A DNA stretch of 64,000 bases from an uncultured virus (IMG/VR IMGVR_UViG_3300033562_000771) (taxonomy: Duplodnaviria > Heunggongvirae > Uroviricota > Caudoviricetes), in the IMG/VR virus record IMGVR_UViG_3300033562_000771, positions 62,001-126,000 of that record; one strand, given 5' to 3'. Each line of letters begins with the position of its first letter. Position 1 is the first letter of the stretch. The notes beneath the pieces are model-generated. The model was not told the DNA's origin. It saw nothing but the letters and a program-made list of their open reading frames with translations, and searched no databases. Below, piece after piece: positions 18,834-28,492 of the stretch. Made by a program: the position numbers and the translations under genes.

Positions 18834-18863
18834 AGATACGGATGGTATTTCTAAAATATCCAG
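18834..18863 (-). promoter_or_regulatory. Phage promoter motif copy
   Basis: CTGGA-N18-CGTATCT. Confidence 0.65.
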
Positions 18864-19157
18864 GAAACTTAAAATTGTAACTCGGGAGCATCTATTTCGA
18901 CAAAACCCTTGAAAAGGTCCGTAATGTCATAGATTTTATGTGGGGTTCGGAGGATTTCTGGAAACATTCCAGGTGGCCCACTCGAAAAAGAATCCGAGGT
19001 AAAGGAAATATCTGTTTCGTAGTTCATAACTACTCCATTATGAGATTAGGTGTGTAGAGGCTTTGAGGGCTTCTAACTAAAGAGTATATCATACAAGCAT
19101 CTACATTCCAAAGATATTCTTCGGTAAGCATGGAGTTCCCTTTAGAGGGGCTCCAAA

Positions 19158-19946
19158 ATGTTGACAGTATGTATCACATGTGAAAAAGAATTTGAAGCAA
19201 AAACTAAGGCAAGGAAATATTGTTCAAAGAAATGCAATGACGCTGCACAGCGATCTTTCCAACGTATTTGCAATTTATGTGGAGATATAAAATATGTCAA
19301 GCGATGGAACGCCTGCAATGCCCATCTATGCCTAAAGTGTGCGAAAGCATCCCATAAAGGGCACCCGACTTTTAAGTCTGGATCGGAAAATTTACAGTGG
19401 AAGGGTGGGCATAGGTATTATTCAAGGGGGCGATTTTGTTCTGACTCAAACGGTTTAACTTGGAAATCACAGCGTAAGCTCTGTCTGCAACGAGATAATT
19501 ATACGTGTCAAGGCTGTGGAGTGTCCAGGGTCACGGAAGGCCCCTCCTGGACTCCCGCGATTCACCATAAAACGCCATGGATGTATAGTCACTCGCATGA
19601 AATAGATAACCTAGTATGCCTTTGCAATTCCTGCCACATGAAGGAAGAACGTAAATGGCACAAAGAGCACCCTAGTATGACCCCATTAGAACCATACCCG
19701 AGCCGAAGTCCGCAAAAAACAGGATGCGCTAGCTGTGGAAATATACGCAGGAAGCAACATGAGGGGCTTTGTTTATTTTGCTTTTGTTCAAAACAAAAAC
19801 AAGCCATTCAAAACCTTAGGGAAAAGGGATACACATATGAAAAAATAGCTAGTATCCTCAAATTTAATAGTAGACATGCAGTTCGTGCTGTATTAATGCA
19901 GTCAAAACGGTGTGCGATCAGGAAGTTAGCCACTTGTCAGACTTGA
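19158..19946 (+). CDS. HNH homing endonuclease with zinc fingers
   Basis: CxxC repeats; RDNYTCQGCG...IHHKTP...NLVCLCNSCH; C-terminal HTH. Confidence 0.85.
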   Translation: MLTVCITCEKEFEAKTKARKYCSKKCNDAAQRSFQRICNLCGDIKYVKRWNACNAHLCLKCAKASHKGHPTFKSGSENLQWKGGHRYYSRGRFCSDSNGLTWKSQRKLCLQRDNYTCQGCGVSRVTEGPSWTPAIHHKTPWMYSHSHEIDNLVCLCNSCHMKEERKWHKEHPSMTPLEPYPSRSPQKTGCASCGNIRRKQHEGLCLFCFCSKQKQAIQNLREKGYTYEKIASILKFNSRHAVRAVLMQSKRCAIRKLATCQT

Positions 19947-20000
19947 ACTGACTACCTCAGCTTTACCGAAGCTGTGCTCTACCAGATGAGCTAAAGTGGC
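19928..20000 (-). tRNA. trnT: tRNA-Thr(GGT), no encoded CCA
   Basis: cagct TC GGT AA agctg; 3' end overlaps the HNH stop. Confidence 0.8.
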
Positions 20001-20015
20001 GACAAAAAGAGTGTA

Positions 20016-20630
20016 TCACATTTCCTGCTCAAGTCTAGCATAATTTTCATCGGGAACTTTTTTTGCTTCAATCCAGTAAAGATCAATAAATGGAGTCACA
20101 GCATGAAGATTCTGATGACCATCTTTTGAGATATTAAAAATTTCTTTCCAGGTTTCTTCCTTAGCTTCTTGATTATTCTCATAGAGATTATGCAGCTTAT
20201 CCCAAAGAACGTCAAATTCAGGGGTCCAAGTATTAGATGAGAACAAGGGGTGTGCGCCCCAACCACAGGACGCATTATTCAGAGGGCAATACCATCGCTC
20301 AGAATCATGTAAAAGAACCCATTTATCGGGAACCTCCGCCTTAATCAAAACAGTAGCGGTAGAATCCCTTTCTTCATACCCTAATTGGTGATCTTCTCTA
20401 AGAAAGTTCCGCTGGGCCTCTTTTTTATCAGTATACCACCAAACCGGAGCCGAGGAAAACTCGTGACCCTTCCGCTTATTATATTGCTCCATCATCCAAT
20501 GGTAGAGGTATTCAAACCACTCCATCCCGTCACCTTGAAGCATATCGGCTTTCTCATAGGTGGGGAAGTAAATCTTATATTGTTTGAGAAGACTTATGAC
20601 CTCTAGACTTTGGCTAGTATATAAGCGCAT
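20016..20630 (-). CDS. DUF3841-like protein
   Basis: MRLYTSQ...YHWMMEQ...PVWWY...EVPD..VLL.D...W..PLN. Confidence 0.6.
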   Translation of the reverse strand: MRLYTSQSLEVISLLKQYKIYFPTYEKADMLQGDGMEWFEYLYHWMMEQYNKRKGHEFSSAPVWWYTDKKEAQRNFLREDHQLGYEERDSTATVLIKAEVPDKWVLLHDSERWYCPLNNASCGWGAHPLFSSNTWTPEFDVLWDKLHNLYENNQEAKEETWKEIFNISKDGHQNLHAVTPFIDLYWIEAKKVPDENYARLEQEM

Positions 20631-20651
20631 GGGTCATCCTAGAGGAAATAT

Positions 20652-20733
20652 TGGAGCGGGTGAAGGGACTCGAACCCTCAATGCTTGCGCGTCAGCTTGG
20701 AAGGCTGATCCCATACCATTAGGGAACACCCGC
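20652..20733 (-). tRNA. trnG: tRNA-Gly(TCC) with long variable arm
   Basis: tcagc CT TCC AA gctga; V region cgcgcaagcatt. Confidence 0.85.
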
Positions 20734-21006
20734 AGAAGTATAATTGTAACAGATACACGTAACAAAGGTCAATCTGAATTCTCAGGAATATATTTACCGG
20801 GGGGTGGGTGTAGAAGACTCATTGGAAAAAACTCTGCGTGACCTTCACACGCATAATAAAGGGCTTCATCAACAACATCGCCATATTCATTACAGATATC
20901 ATCAACATCAACTAAATGAACGGTGCCCCAGCAAGGTTCATTTGCATGTTCATCTAGAAAAATACAATCATGGAAATTATGTTTATAGCTAGGGGAGTTA
21001 GTCATA

Positions 21007-21267
21007 TTAATTCTCGCTAGAAGGACCACCAGAAAACGAGTCCATAAATTCCCGGTGTTCTTCAAAGAAATCTTCGGCGGAATACCCTGAGTGAGCTTGC
21101 ATTACAATCCTAAAGTTATTTCCGGCCTTAATTTTAGTCTCACGGGGACGAATAAGTAGACCAAGGCTAGTAATCGAGTCTAAAAATTCTTTACTATCAA
21201 CCATACCCTCTTCATTAAATTCAATTTGAATTCGATGAGTGGCTGTTTCTTTTTCAATCAAAGCCAT
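21007..21267 (-). CDS. Hypothetical protein
   Basis: 86-aa ORF in a tightly packed minus-strand run. Confidence 0.5.
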   Translation of the reverse strand: MALIEKETATHRIQIEFNEEGMVDSKEFLDSITSLGLLIRPRETKIKAGNNFRIVMQAHSGYSAEDFFEEHREFMDSFSGGPSSEN

Positions 21268-21593
21268 ATAAAGGTGCCCAATAAAAAAGGTTCGGAAAAA
21301 CCCAGAACTTCTTGGAGTTCAGCTAGCAGAATATGGGGACTGTCGTAAGTAACACCCAGAAGGGTAGACCCACCAAACCTTCTACCTAGAACACAGGCCA
21401 CAGCGTGGGATATATCTATAACATTAGCTTCTGGAGAAGAAGAGTCTAATAGGAGAATCTGCCAACTATACTCATTTGTTGGAGTCTGCGCGAAAACTAC
21501 GGATTGGGCTGGACGCAGTATTGCAAGCAGAGACTGGTGAGCTAGGGCCTTATCTTTTTTAGACCACTTTGACTTAACTACATTAAAAGCCAT
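21258..21593 (-). CDS. Hypothetical protein
   Basis: 111 aa, translationally coupled to the upstream ORF. Confidence 0.55.
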   Translation of the reverse strand: MAFNVVKSKWSKKDKALAHQSLLAILRPAQSVVFAQTPTNEYSWQILLLDSSSPEANVIDISHAVACVLGRRFGGSTLLGVTYDSPHILLAELQEVLGFSEPFLLGTFIWL

Positions 21594-22003
21594 TACCTAG
21601 CCCAGGCTTCTTCTTGGGTACGTCTCTCCTGCACCTTGGCTTTATGACACGTATCACAAAGAGTCCGAAGATACCCATTAATGGTCGAATGCCCCGCTGG
21701 GGTTGCCCCACAAATCTCGCACACTACTGCGGACTGCTTCTCAGCATCACTAATGATACTATTAATAAAGATTGTGTTTGCAGATGTGTAGACTCTCAAG
21801 TCACCAAATTTTTCTTTAATCTGGGTAATTGAGAAGTCTTCGGGCAAGTGCTCTAGCAGACTCAAGCGTTCACACATGGTGTAAATTATATTGAACCAAC
21901 CTGGGCTGCACTCAACCCCCCAGAAATTATCATTAAAAAATTTAGGGAAGTCCTCGTATAGCTTAGAATTAAAGTCCAGGACATTCATTTTAGAATACAT
22001 CAC
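21593..22003 (-). CDS. Conserved phage hypothetical protein (QIKEKFG.LR + CxxC)
   Basis: GWF...ITQIKEKFGDLRVY...CEICG...TLCDTC. Confidence 0.65.
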   Translation of the reverse strand: MMYSKMNVLDFNSKLYEDFPKFFNDNFWGVECSPGWFNIIYTMCERLSLLEHLPEDFSITQIKEKFGDLRVYTSANTIFINSIISDAEKQSAVVCEICGATPAGHSTINGYLRTLCDTCHKAKVQERRTQEEAWAR

Positions 22004-22021
22004 GATCTCTCCGGAAAGAGG

Positions 22022-22327
22022 TTAATCAAGAAGGGAACGAATCTTGGCAGAGGGGACATTTCCCATCACATGCCCAACCTTACGCCCACCTTCGAAGTAA
22101 ATTACCGTAGGAATACTCTGGATACCAAACTTAGATGATATAGTCTGACCTTCCTCCGTATCAATATTCACCTTGACAAACTTAACATCTGGATAGGCTC
22201 CTTCGAGCCCTTCCAGTGTAGGGGAGAGCGCCTTACAGGGTCCACACCAGGGAGCCCAGAAGTCTACTAGGACTTTACTGGAGGCTGTGAGGGCTGTGAA
22301 ATCGTTTGCGGTAGTAACTTCTTGCAT
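22022..22327 (-). CDS. trxA: Thioredoxin
   Basis: VDFWAPWCGPCK...KVNID...SIPT. Confidence 0.95.
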   Translation of the reverse strand: MQEVTTANDFTALTASSKVLVDFWAPWCGPCKALSPTLEGLEGAYPDVKFVKVNIDTEEGQTISSKFGIQSIPTVIYFEGGRKVGHVMGNVPSAKIRSLLD

Positions 22328-22357
22328 ATTAGAATGCTCCTAGATTAAAGGAAAATT

Positions 22358-22447
22358 TGGTGCTCCCGGCAGGATTCTAACCTGCGTAAACCTTCTTAGG
22401 GCGACCCGGTTATGAGCCGGGGACTCTGAACGCTGAGTTACAGGAGC
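22358..22447 (-). tRNA. trnM: tRNA(CAT), Met or Ile2, with long variable arm
   Basis: cccgg CT CAT AA ccggg; V arm tcgccctaagaaggtttac. Confidence 0.8.
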
Positions 22448-22455
22448 AATAAGAG

Positions 22456-22683
22456 TTATACAGCGGAGGAATGCTTAGACCAATAGCCTCGTGGAGGCTT
22501 ACTATCAAGGTGATGGACCACTTCTGTGGGAGTTAATTTTCGTTTTAGAAACTCCTCAGCAATTACAATATGCTCATATATATACCCCATCCAATTCAGG
22601 GAAGTCATAGCACATGGGTGATCTGGCAGATACACACACAGATACCCATTTAAGGTTCTGAGAGGAGCTTTGATTCTTGACAT
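22456..22683 (-). pseudogene. Truncated HNH endonuclease
   Basis: GYIYEHIVIAE...VVHHLD then diverges; lacks the N...NL half. Confidence 0.6.
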
Positions 22684-22709
22684 GAGAACTCGAAGAAGAC
22701 CAACAGTAT

Positions 22710-22738
22710 AGATACGGACTGATTTTTTTAAAATCCAA
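22710..22738 (-). promoter_or_regulatory. Phage promoter motif copy
   Basis: TTGGA-N17-CGTATCT. Confidence 0.55.
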
Positions 22739-22742
22739 AAAA

Positions 22743-22925
22743 TCAGTCCCCAAATATATGCATCTGCTTGAGATGTTTTTTAGCCTCTTCCCTTGTGGGG
22801 TGGCTACTTAAAATCTTATCCGTCTCGTGAGAGCGAATAACAAAGGGGGCAGCTTCACCTTTACTATCTGTGTGCCCAGGCACTTCTGCAATATACGCTA
22901 CAAGTATCTGCGAGACTCTCAGCAT
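22743..22925 (-). CDS. Small protein with MLKVS-type leader
   Basis: Starts MLRVSQILVA. Confidence 0.65.
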   Translation of the reverse strand: MLRVSQILVAYIAEVPGHTDSKGEAAPFVIRSHETDKILSSHPTREEAKKHLKQMHIFGD

Positions 22926-22928
22926 AAC

Positions 22929-23255
22929 TCACCAGTCCTCAACAAGCACTCTAGATACTCCGTAAGAATCACGTTCACCTGCACGATTAAGGGCCTTATA
23001 ATTCTGAGTCATAGCATGACAGTTTGGGCAAAGAAGTCTAAGATTGCTGGGATGGTTATTCTTACGATTACCATCTATATGATCTACCTCAATTATATAC
23101 CTACCAGTAAAAGGGTTTTGACCAATCCAATCACATTCAGAACAGGCTGGACCACGTTTCTGTATGAGATACTTTCTAATTCTATCATAACTGGGGGCTA
23201 TGCCTGACTCACCTGAATACCACAGATCCATTTGTGCAAGTCGCTTAGCATGCAT
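22929..23255 (-). CDS. HNH endonuclease
   Basis: CSEC...EVDHIDGNRKNN..SNLRLLCPNCHA. Confidence 0.88.
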   Translation of the reverse strand: MHAKRLAQMDLWYSGESGIAPSYDRIRKYLIQKRGPACSECDWIGQNPFTGRYIIEVDHIDGNRKNNHPSNLRLLCPNCHAMTQNYKALNRAGERDSYGVSRVLVEDW

Positions 23256-23316
23256 TTGAGACCCTTATATTGCCAGTAGGAGTGAACCGCACTGTGTATA
23301 TAAAAGGGAAAACTAC

Positions 23317-23394
23317 TGGTGGACACAAGTGGATTCGAACCACTGACCTCTTGCGTGTCGAGCAAGCGCTCATACCAGACTGAGCTATGTGTCC
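23317..23394 (-). tRNA. trnV: tRNA-Val(GAC)
   Basis: cttgc TC GAC AC gcaag. Confidence 0.88.
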
Positions 23395-23852
23395 ATTGGC
23401 TTTCTAAAAACTGCAGGAATATCTTTAACATAATCAGCATCATTTTGGTCGAAAAGAAGGATTGAGTTAATCCCGGTGCGTTCGCTTAACCAAATCCCTT
23501 TAAACCCTAAAGATTTTAAAAGACTTTCACCATCATCATGGTCATCACTAGCTATATTAGAGTAAGCTGCCCAGTCCATTTCACCATGAGAAGAGGCTTT
23601 CATTATAGATTGGGTGGCTTCCGGGTTGTTCATGGCAGTGGTTAAAGCAGATAGATCCCCAGCCTTTCGCAGTGAAAACAATTCATTTTCATGAATTTTA
23701 AGCTTATAGACTTGGATTGTCTTACCATCTGAATACCCGGAAGCATAGGCCGGATCTGCGGTCAAGAATATATACTTGCCAGTATATGGGCGGGTTAGGC
23801 CCCTCCCATGATAGAAGACTGTGGCAGATAGAATTCTAGATACTTTTAGCAT
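23385..23852 (-). CDS. ADP-ribosyltransferase-like (ART-PolyVal type) protein with MLKVS leader
   Basis: MLKVSRILSA; VFYHG...IFLT.D..YA..Y...GFKGI...ILLFD. Confidence 0.55.
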   Translation of the reverse strand: MLKVSRILSATVFYHGRGLTRPYTGKYIFLTADPAYASGYSDGKTIQVYKLKIHENELFSLRKAGDLSALTTAMNNPEATQSIMKASSHGEMDWAAYSNIASDDHDDGESLLKSLGFKGIWLSERTGINSILLFDQNDADYVKDIPAVFRKPMDT

Positions 23853-23875
23853 AACCTGTCCTACCTAAAGGAAAG

Positions 23876-23949
23876 TGGAGCCGATAAAGGGAATTGAACC
23901 CATATCTCTGGTTTACGAAACCAGAACTCTACCATTGAGCTATATCGGC
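23876..23949 (-). tRNA. trnT: tRNA-Thr(CGT)
   Basis: ctggt TT CGT AA accag. Confidence 0.88.
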
Positions 23950-23951
23950 AC

Positions 23952-24027
23952 TGGTGGTCCCGGTCAGATTCGAACTGACGTAAACCCGTTTAGAAGACGG
24001 GTGCTAAATCCACTCAGCTACGGGACC
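23952..24027 (-). tRNA. trnR: tRNA-Arg(TCT)
   Basis: cccgt CT TCT AA acggg. Confidence 0.88.
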
Positions 24028-24409
24028 TATTAGGTATTTTTGTGAGCATCCACTGGGCAAATAAGGAATCTACCGTAAGAGTATGTTCAAGGAAGATACT
24101 CTGCAACTTATTAATAGCCTCTCGTTGTTCCAAAACACCTTTAAGGACATCACGCACAAGGGCAGTGAAAGCGTCCTGTAAGTCTCTGTGAGAAGACCTA
24201 TGTTCTGAATAGCCTGGGTATTTTAGTTTACGCATGAGCTGTTCCTCACGACCTAAATGAGAGGTTGCGTAGTCTATAAAGTCCCCCACGGCTTGAACCC
24301 TAAGAACAGTATCACGATAAACCTCAGGGCTACTTAGATGTGTAAACGATTCAAAAAGTTTGCGGTGGTCCTCATCAATATCTGGGACCCCCAGGTTAAA
24401 ATCGGGCAT
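24014..24409 (-). CDS. Bacteriohemerythrin
   Basis: IDEDH...H..REE.LM...YP...EH...H...EH...VD iron-ligand pattern. Confidence 0.85.
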   Translation of the reverse strand: MPDFNLGVPDIDEDHRKLFESFTHLSSPEVYRDTVLRVQAVGDFIDYATSHLGREEQLMRKLKYPGYSEHRSSHRDLQDAFTALVRDVLKGVLEQREAINKLQSIFLEHTLTVDSLFAQWMLTKIPNRSRS

Positions 24410-24410
24410 G

Positions 24411-25556
24411 TCACATCCCTAACGCTGAAGAAACTGTTTTAAGCATCAAAGCAGGAATTTCGGACGGTGGGACCTCTTGGAGCTTTAGATTTTGAAGAGC
24501 AGCCACCGCTTTCTTAAGGGAGGTTTGGCTTGAAGTATCCCCATTAATCTCTAAAAGTCTGTAAATACTATCAAATGGGAGCCTTCCTTGACGCCCACCT
24601 TTATACACCATCAAGAAATCTTTAGGGGAGGTAAAAGAGCAGGCGTGGATATTACGCCACAGCGCCATTTCCCGATCCCATGCAAGAGAAAGCCGTTTAC
24701 AAAAAGTCTTTACGTCACCATTAGATTGCATTGTCTGGGCTAATAGGCAATACATCTCAATTAAGCTAACTGATTTTGCAGACTTATTTACCAAATTAAT
24801 TAACGCTGGGAGATTTGACTCCAACTCTGGGAACCAATAACTCATGCAATCAGCTTGATGTAGTACCTGAAAGAAGTTCCCTGGTTTTGCTGCCCTGAGA
24901 GATTTTTCTAGCTCAATTCGAATCCTATCCAATGCTAAAGAAGGCAACTCACCCTGGAGACTATTCATTAATTTGATAGTCTCGGGGTCCACTTTCCAAT
25001 CACCTGGGAGTTGTGCTGAAAATCTAGCTGCTCTCAATACACGAAGAGGGTCTTCCGCAAAAGCTTCCGTGACATGCCTAAGAGTATTAGTCTGCACATC
25101 ATCCATAGCCCTATCATCAAAAGATACAAGTCCTGCAGTAGGGTTCCAGGCGAGAGCATTTATAGTTAGATCGCGTCTAGCTAGGTCCTCTTTAACATCT
25201 GAAACGACCTCAAAATCAAAACCCTTATACCCAATCCCTGTTTTTGTCTCTTTACGGGCATAGGCGAATTCAATAATGCCTAACTCTGGGTCCTCAGTAT
25301 CATATAGATATACAGGAAAGGCGGCTCCGACTTGCTTCACGGGGAGGATCTTTTCAAGCTCTTGCGGGGAGGGAGCCACAACCATAACATCAAAGTCTTT
25401 AGGCGTTCTACCAAGAAGCGCATCACGGATGCAGCCCCCAACGAGATAAAACTCACCAAAAGAATTCAGCTTACGAAGTAAGGTAATTAATTGAGGAGGA
25501 AACTTAGAGGATATCTCCGGGGTTGTAGCTCTTAACAATCGTGAAACCTTTAGCAT
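24411..25556 (-). CDS. cca: CCA-adding tRNA nucleotidyltransferase with MLKVS leader
   Basis: YLVGGCIRD.LLG..PKDFD, EDLARRDLTINA, EDPLRVLRAARF; likely start MLKVSRLLRA at 25556. Confidence 0.9.
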   Translation of the reverse strand: MLKVSRLLRATTPEISSKFPPQLITLLRKLNSFGEFYLVGGCIRDALLGRTPKDFDVMVVAPSPQELEKILPVKQVGAAFPVYLYDTEDPELGIIEFAYARKETKTGIGYKGFDFEVVSDVKEDLARRDLTINALAWNPTAGLVSFDDRAMDDVQTNTLRHVTEAFAEDPLRVLRAARFSAQLPGDWKVDPETIKLMNSLQGELPSLALDRIRIELEKSLRAAKPGNFFQVLHQADCMSYWFPELESNLPALINLVNKSAKSVSLIEMYCLLAQTMQSNGDVKTFCKRLSLAWDREMALWRNIHACSFTSPKDFLMVYKGGRQGRLPFDSIYRLLEINGDTSSQTSLKKAVAALQNLKLQEVPPSEIPALMLKTVSSALGM

Positions 25557-25751
25557 GAGTATAATATCCTCTTCTACCCTAAAAAGAAATCTAAGCACCC
25601 CAATAGGGCTGAGAGATTCTCTTAAAAAATCCATTGGGGAAAACGTCTCCCCAAACCCTTTTACGAAAATGTTTAATAAACATCCCCCCACAACGGTGTG
25701 GGCCGGGAGTGCTAAATCTATCGCGTCTACACCGCAAACACATATAGCGTT

Positions 25752-26144
25752 CTAAGAGAGTGTCCATGCCGAACTCCAACGGGTATTCCATCTAAGAATT
25801 GCAGCGGTTTTATAGGCGTCACTGCCACGAGTGTCTACAATAGCCTCACCATCTCTGACAATAGGCTTTGCGACACACTCAGGGTTAAGGCAACGAACGG
25901 CACCCCAAGCGTCCCCCTCGGTCCTGGGGTCTACCGGGAAAACTTTGGGGACCACCCCACAAAACGGGCAGGGGAGGGGGCTTGGCAAAGCAGACTTGGG
26001 GCGATCTTGTTGGCAGACTTTACAAATAACCCTACGTTTATGCCCCGTGAAAGTATGGCTACAGATAGAGCAAGTGCAGAGGTATATACCATTTTCATGG
26101 GCAAAATCCTCAGGCCAGTCACGGATTGAGTCACTAAAATTCAT
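25752..26144 (-). CDS. Lar-like (restriction alleviation family) zinc-binding protein
   Basis: PCPFCG...C...C...AI.RWN. Confidence 0.5.
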   Translation of the reverse strand: MNFSDSIRDWPEDFAHENGIYLCTCSICSHTFTGHKRRVICKVCQQDRPKSALPSPLPCPFCGVVPKVFPVDPRTEGDAWGAVRCLNPECVAKPIVRDGEAIVDTRGSDAYKTAAILRWNTRWSSAWTLS

Positions 26145-26569
26145 GCTGAAGCCTCACCAGAAACAACTGCTACAACAAAAGCATCCGTAGGAATTTCATA
26201 CTCCCTAGACAATGACTTGATGAATGACTCACTTACGTGTCTACCATCATTTCTATAGGCTACATTTGCAAAACAAATTTCAGGGGAATTCTCAAAAAAG
26301 ATCCAGGTTTGTTCAAAATTAGCAAAGAGTCTCTTAGCTGCTTCTCGAAAAATACCCCGACAAAGAAAAGGGTCCGCAATAACAATCAAAGGATGGTTTT
26401 GAATAGTCCCCACCAAGGATTCTTTGTTGAAGCTATGGGAAGTATCGTCCAAGACGGTGTAATCGCGTAGCTCCTCAAAATGGGACTCAATATAGTGGGT
26501 CTTCCCGCTTCCAGGAAGACCCACTAAAAAAAGAACCTTAGAGTTGGTTATACTCGACGAGAATATCAT
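26141..26569 (-). CDS. P-loop kinase (PNK/AAA_33-like)
   Basis: LVGLPGSGKT...C..NV..R..GR.V. Confidence 0.6.
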   Translation of the reverse strand: MIFSSSITNSKVLFLVGLPGSGKTHYIESHFEELRDYTVLDDTSHSFNKESLVGTIQNHPLIVIADPFLCRGIFREAAKRLFANFEQTWIFFENSPEICFANVAYRNDGRHVSESFIKSLSREYEIPTDAFVVAVVSGEASA

Positions 26570-26978
26570 ACAACCCCTTGATATTTATACTCTTACTTAC
26601 GTAATTAGTTGAGTTCCCATAGTATTCATACTCGGAATACTCACGAATCTCAAACAAATCATCAATTTTCTTGTAAATGATAAACGATAGATTTGGGCAA
26701 ACCTTGAGAAGAAACGCATCCAATGTGGTGAACCTAGGTTCAATATCCCCCGAAACGTGATAGTGAGGATCACGATCCCCCTCATCCCAGCAAGACCCTC
26801 CCGAAATACCGCCCGTGCGCCACGTTATTTCAAAAAACCCTTTCTCAGGGATCGAGAGGGAGTTCTTCAACTTAAGATATTCATCAGTGGACAAACCGCG
26901 ACGAGTACTCAAGTTAGGTTCGGGATATTCAACCTCCCCGGTAGCCTCGGCCAGTTTATAAAAGTCAGCAAAGTTCAT
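26538..26978 (-). CDS. Hypothetical phage protein
   Basis: WRTGGISGGSCWD...EYYGN; AGGAG SD. Confidence 0.6.
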   Translation of the reverse strand: MNFADFYKLAEATGEVEYPEPNLSTRRGLSTDEYLKLKNSLSIPEKGFFEITWRTGGISGGSCWDEGDRDPHYHVSGDIEPRFTTLDAFLLKVCPNLSFIIYKKIDDLFEIREYSEYEYYGNSTNYVSKSINIKGLYDILVEYNQL

Positions 26979-26996
26979 AATAGCTCCTATGTGTCT

Positions 26997-27026
26997 AGAT
27001 ACGGGAGGAATCCACCTGAGATACAG
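26997..27026 (-). promoter_or_regulatory. Phage promoter motif copy
   Basis: CTGTA-N18-CGTATCT. Confidence 0.5.
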
Positions 27027-27029
27027 AAT

Positions 27030-27690
27030 TTAGTCCCAGAAGCCATTTAACCACTTATCCAGGTTCCATTTCTGCCCCGTCCGGTGATCCGTTACAGTGT
27101 TATCACGCACTCGATAAGTCTTGACCTTATCCCCACGCTGGCCCGAACCGACTTGATCTCGTCTGTGCTTACTTAAGGCTTGATGCTGGGAAGCAGCATG
27201 AGCGGCCTCTAAACGAGTTGCAAGGACTTCTAACGCCACCTTCTTATTATGAAGTTGGGAGCGCCCGTCAATTCTTACAGAGAGTCCTGTGGGCCTATGT
27301 ATAGCCAAGACACAGGATTCTACTTTATTCCTGTTTTGACCGCCAGGGCCTGATCCTCGGGTGGTTTGAATCTCCACATCGTTGGGATTGAGGTAGACTG
27401 AGGAATGCTGTAATGCTAAAACAGCAACGGTAACAGTTGAAGTATGAACGCGCTTATTTTTGTCAGTTGGACTAATATGTTGCCACCGTTGACCACCAGC
27501 TTCATTAAAGAATTCTTGGGATGGATCTTCTTTTACCAAGAAGGACACAAAACCCGAAGTTTCCTCTAGAATCTCGGTCTCAAAGTCCCCTCCGCTCAGC
27601 CCTCCGAAGATAGGCCTTTAATTGGTCTCGAACCAATAAAACAGCATCATCGCCGCCTTCTGCGGCACGTATTTCTACAATAATATCCAT
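27030..27690 (-). CDS. Short class I peptide release factor homolog (about 219 aa) expressed via +1 frameshift
   Basis: MDIIVEIRAAEGGDDA... (36 codons) then CGG AGG GGA CTT TGA G; +1 frame gives NEAGGQRWQHISPTDKNKRVHTS and GSGPGGQNRNK. Confidence 0.85.
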
Positions 27691-27762
27691 GACATTAATC
27701 CTTTTAGATTGGGTTTGGGTGCTCAAAATTGACGGTTCACGTAAACAATTCCATGAGCATAC

Positions 27763-27939
27763 CTAATTATGCAATCTAAAATCAGTCTCATAGAGCCAAT
27801 ACGCGGATTTACAATCGGGGCAGTCAGACCCATCCAAAAGCGTTCCATGACCACCATTACAGGTATTATTACCACAAGTCCCGCAGATGACCACACGGGC
27901 ATTACAATGATTACAATATTCCCACAGATGCTGGGCCAT
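27763..27939 (-). CDS. Small Cys-rich protein
   Basis: MAQHLWEYCNHC...CGTCGNNTCNGG...CPDC. Confidence 0.5.
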   Translation of the reverse strand: MAQHLWEYCNHCNARVVICGTCGNNTCNGGHGTLLDGSDCPDCKSAYWLYETDFRLHN

Positions 27940-27974
27940 AAAAAAACCTCTCCCTAAAAGATACATATAAGTAT

Positions 27975-28049
27975 TGGTACGCCAGGAGGAATTTGAATCC
28001 CCGACCTAGGCCTTAGGAGGACCTCGCTCTTCCGCTGAGCTACTGGCGC
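27975..28049 (-). tRNA. trnR: tRNA-Arg(CCT)
   Basis: aggtc CT CCT AA ggcct. Confidence 0.88.
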
Positions 28050-28104
28050 ATGTTTATCTGTTTTTAAATTTACTCACCACTGCTTAGGTGGGGAAACTGA
28101 GCCT

Positions 28105-28437
28105 TTAGGAGTTGGAGTGAGACGCAACTAGCGTTTCAGGGCCTGTCAGTTTTTTTAGGGCTGCTAAATCAGTTACCAGTTGTTCAACATCTGTAGATAG
28201 ATTTTTTACAACTGCAGTAGTGGGATCACAGTGCTTACAATCCTCTTTTCTGCGGTAATTGTCGGTGAGATCTTTTTTGATACCCTCAACTTGAACCTGG
28301 AATGCGTCAACTTTAGTAACTAACCTGAGCCCAATCCATATAAGAAGAGACCCAAAGGCCGTGCCTAAAGCACCAAGTAAAGCGGTCTGCAACCAAGAAG
28401 ATGCGTAAACAATCACCTGAGGGGACTCTATAAGCAT
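28105..28437 (-). CDS. Single-TM membrane protein with coiled coil
   Basis: WLQTALLGALGTAFGSLLIWIG followed by heptads. Confidence 0.5.
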   Translation of the reverse strand: MLIESPQVIVYASSWLQTALLGALGTAFGSLLIWIGLRLVTKVDAFQVQVEGIKKDLTDNYRRKEDCKHCDPTTAVVKNLSTDVEQLVTDLAALKKLTGPETLVASHSNS

Positions 28438-28492
28438 AGCTTGGCTTCTCCTAAAAACGTCTCTATAGAAAGGCAACCTAATAAATCAGAGC

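Noticed and set aside
23952..24027. Possible amber suppressor (CTA in the loop)
   Set aside because: The stem register cccgt/acggg gives loop CT TCT AA, which is Arg(TCT).
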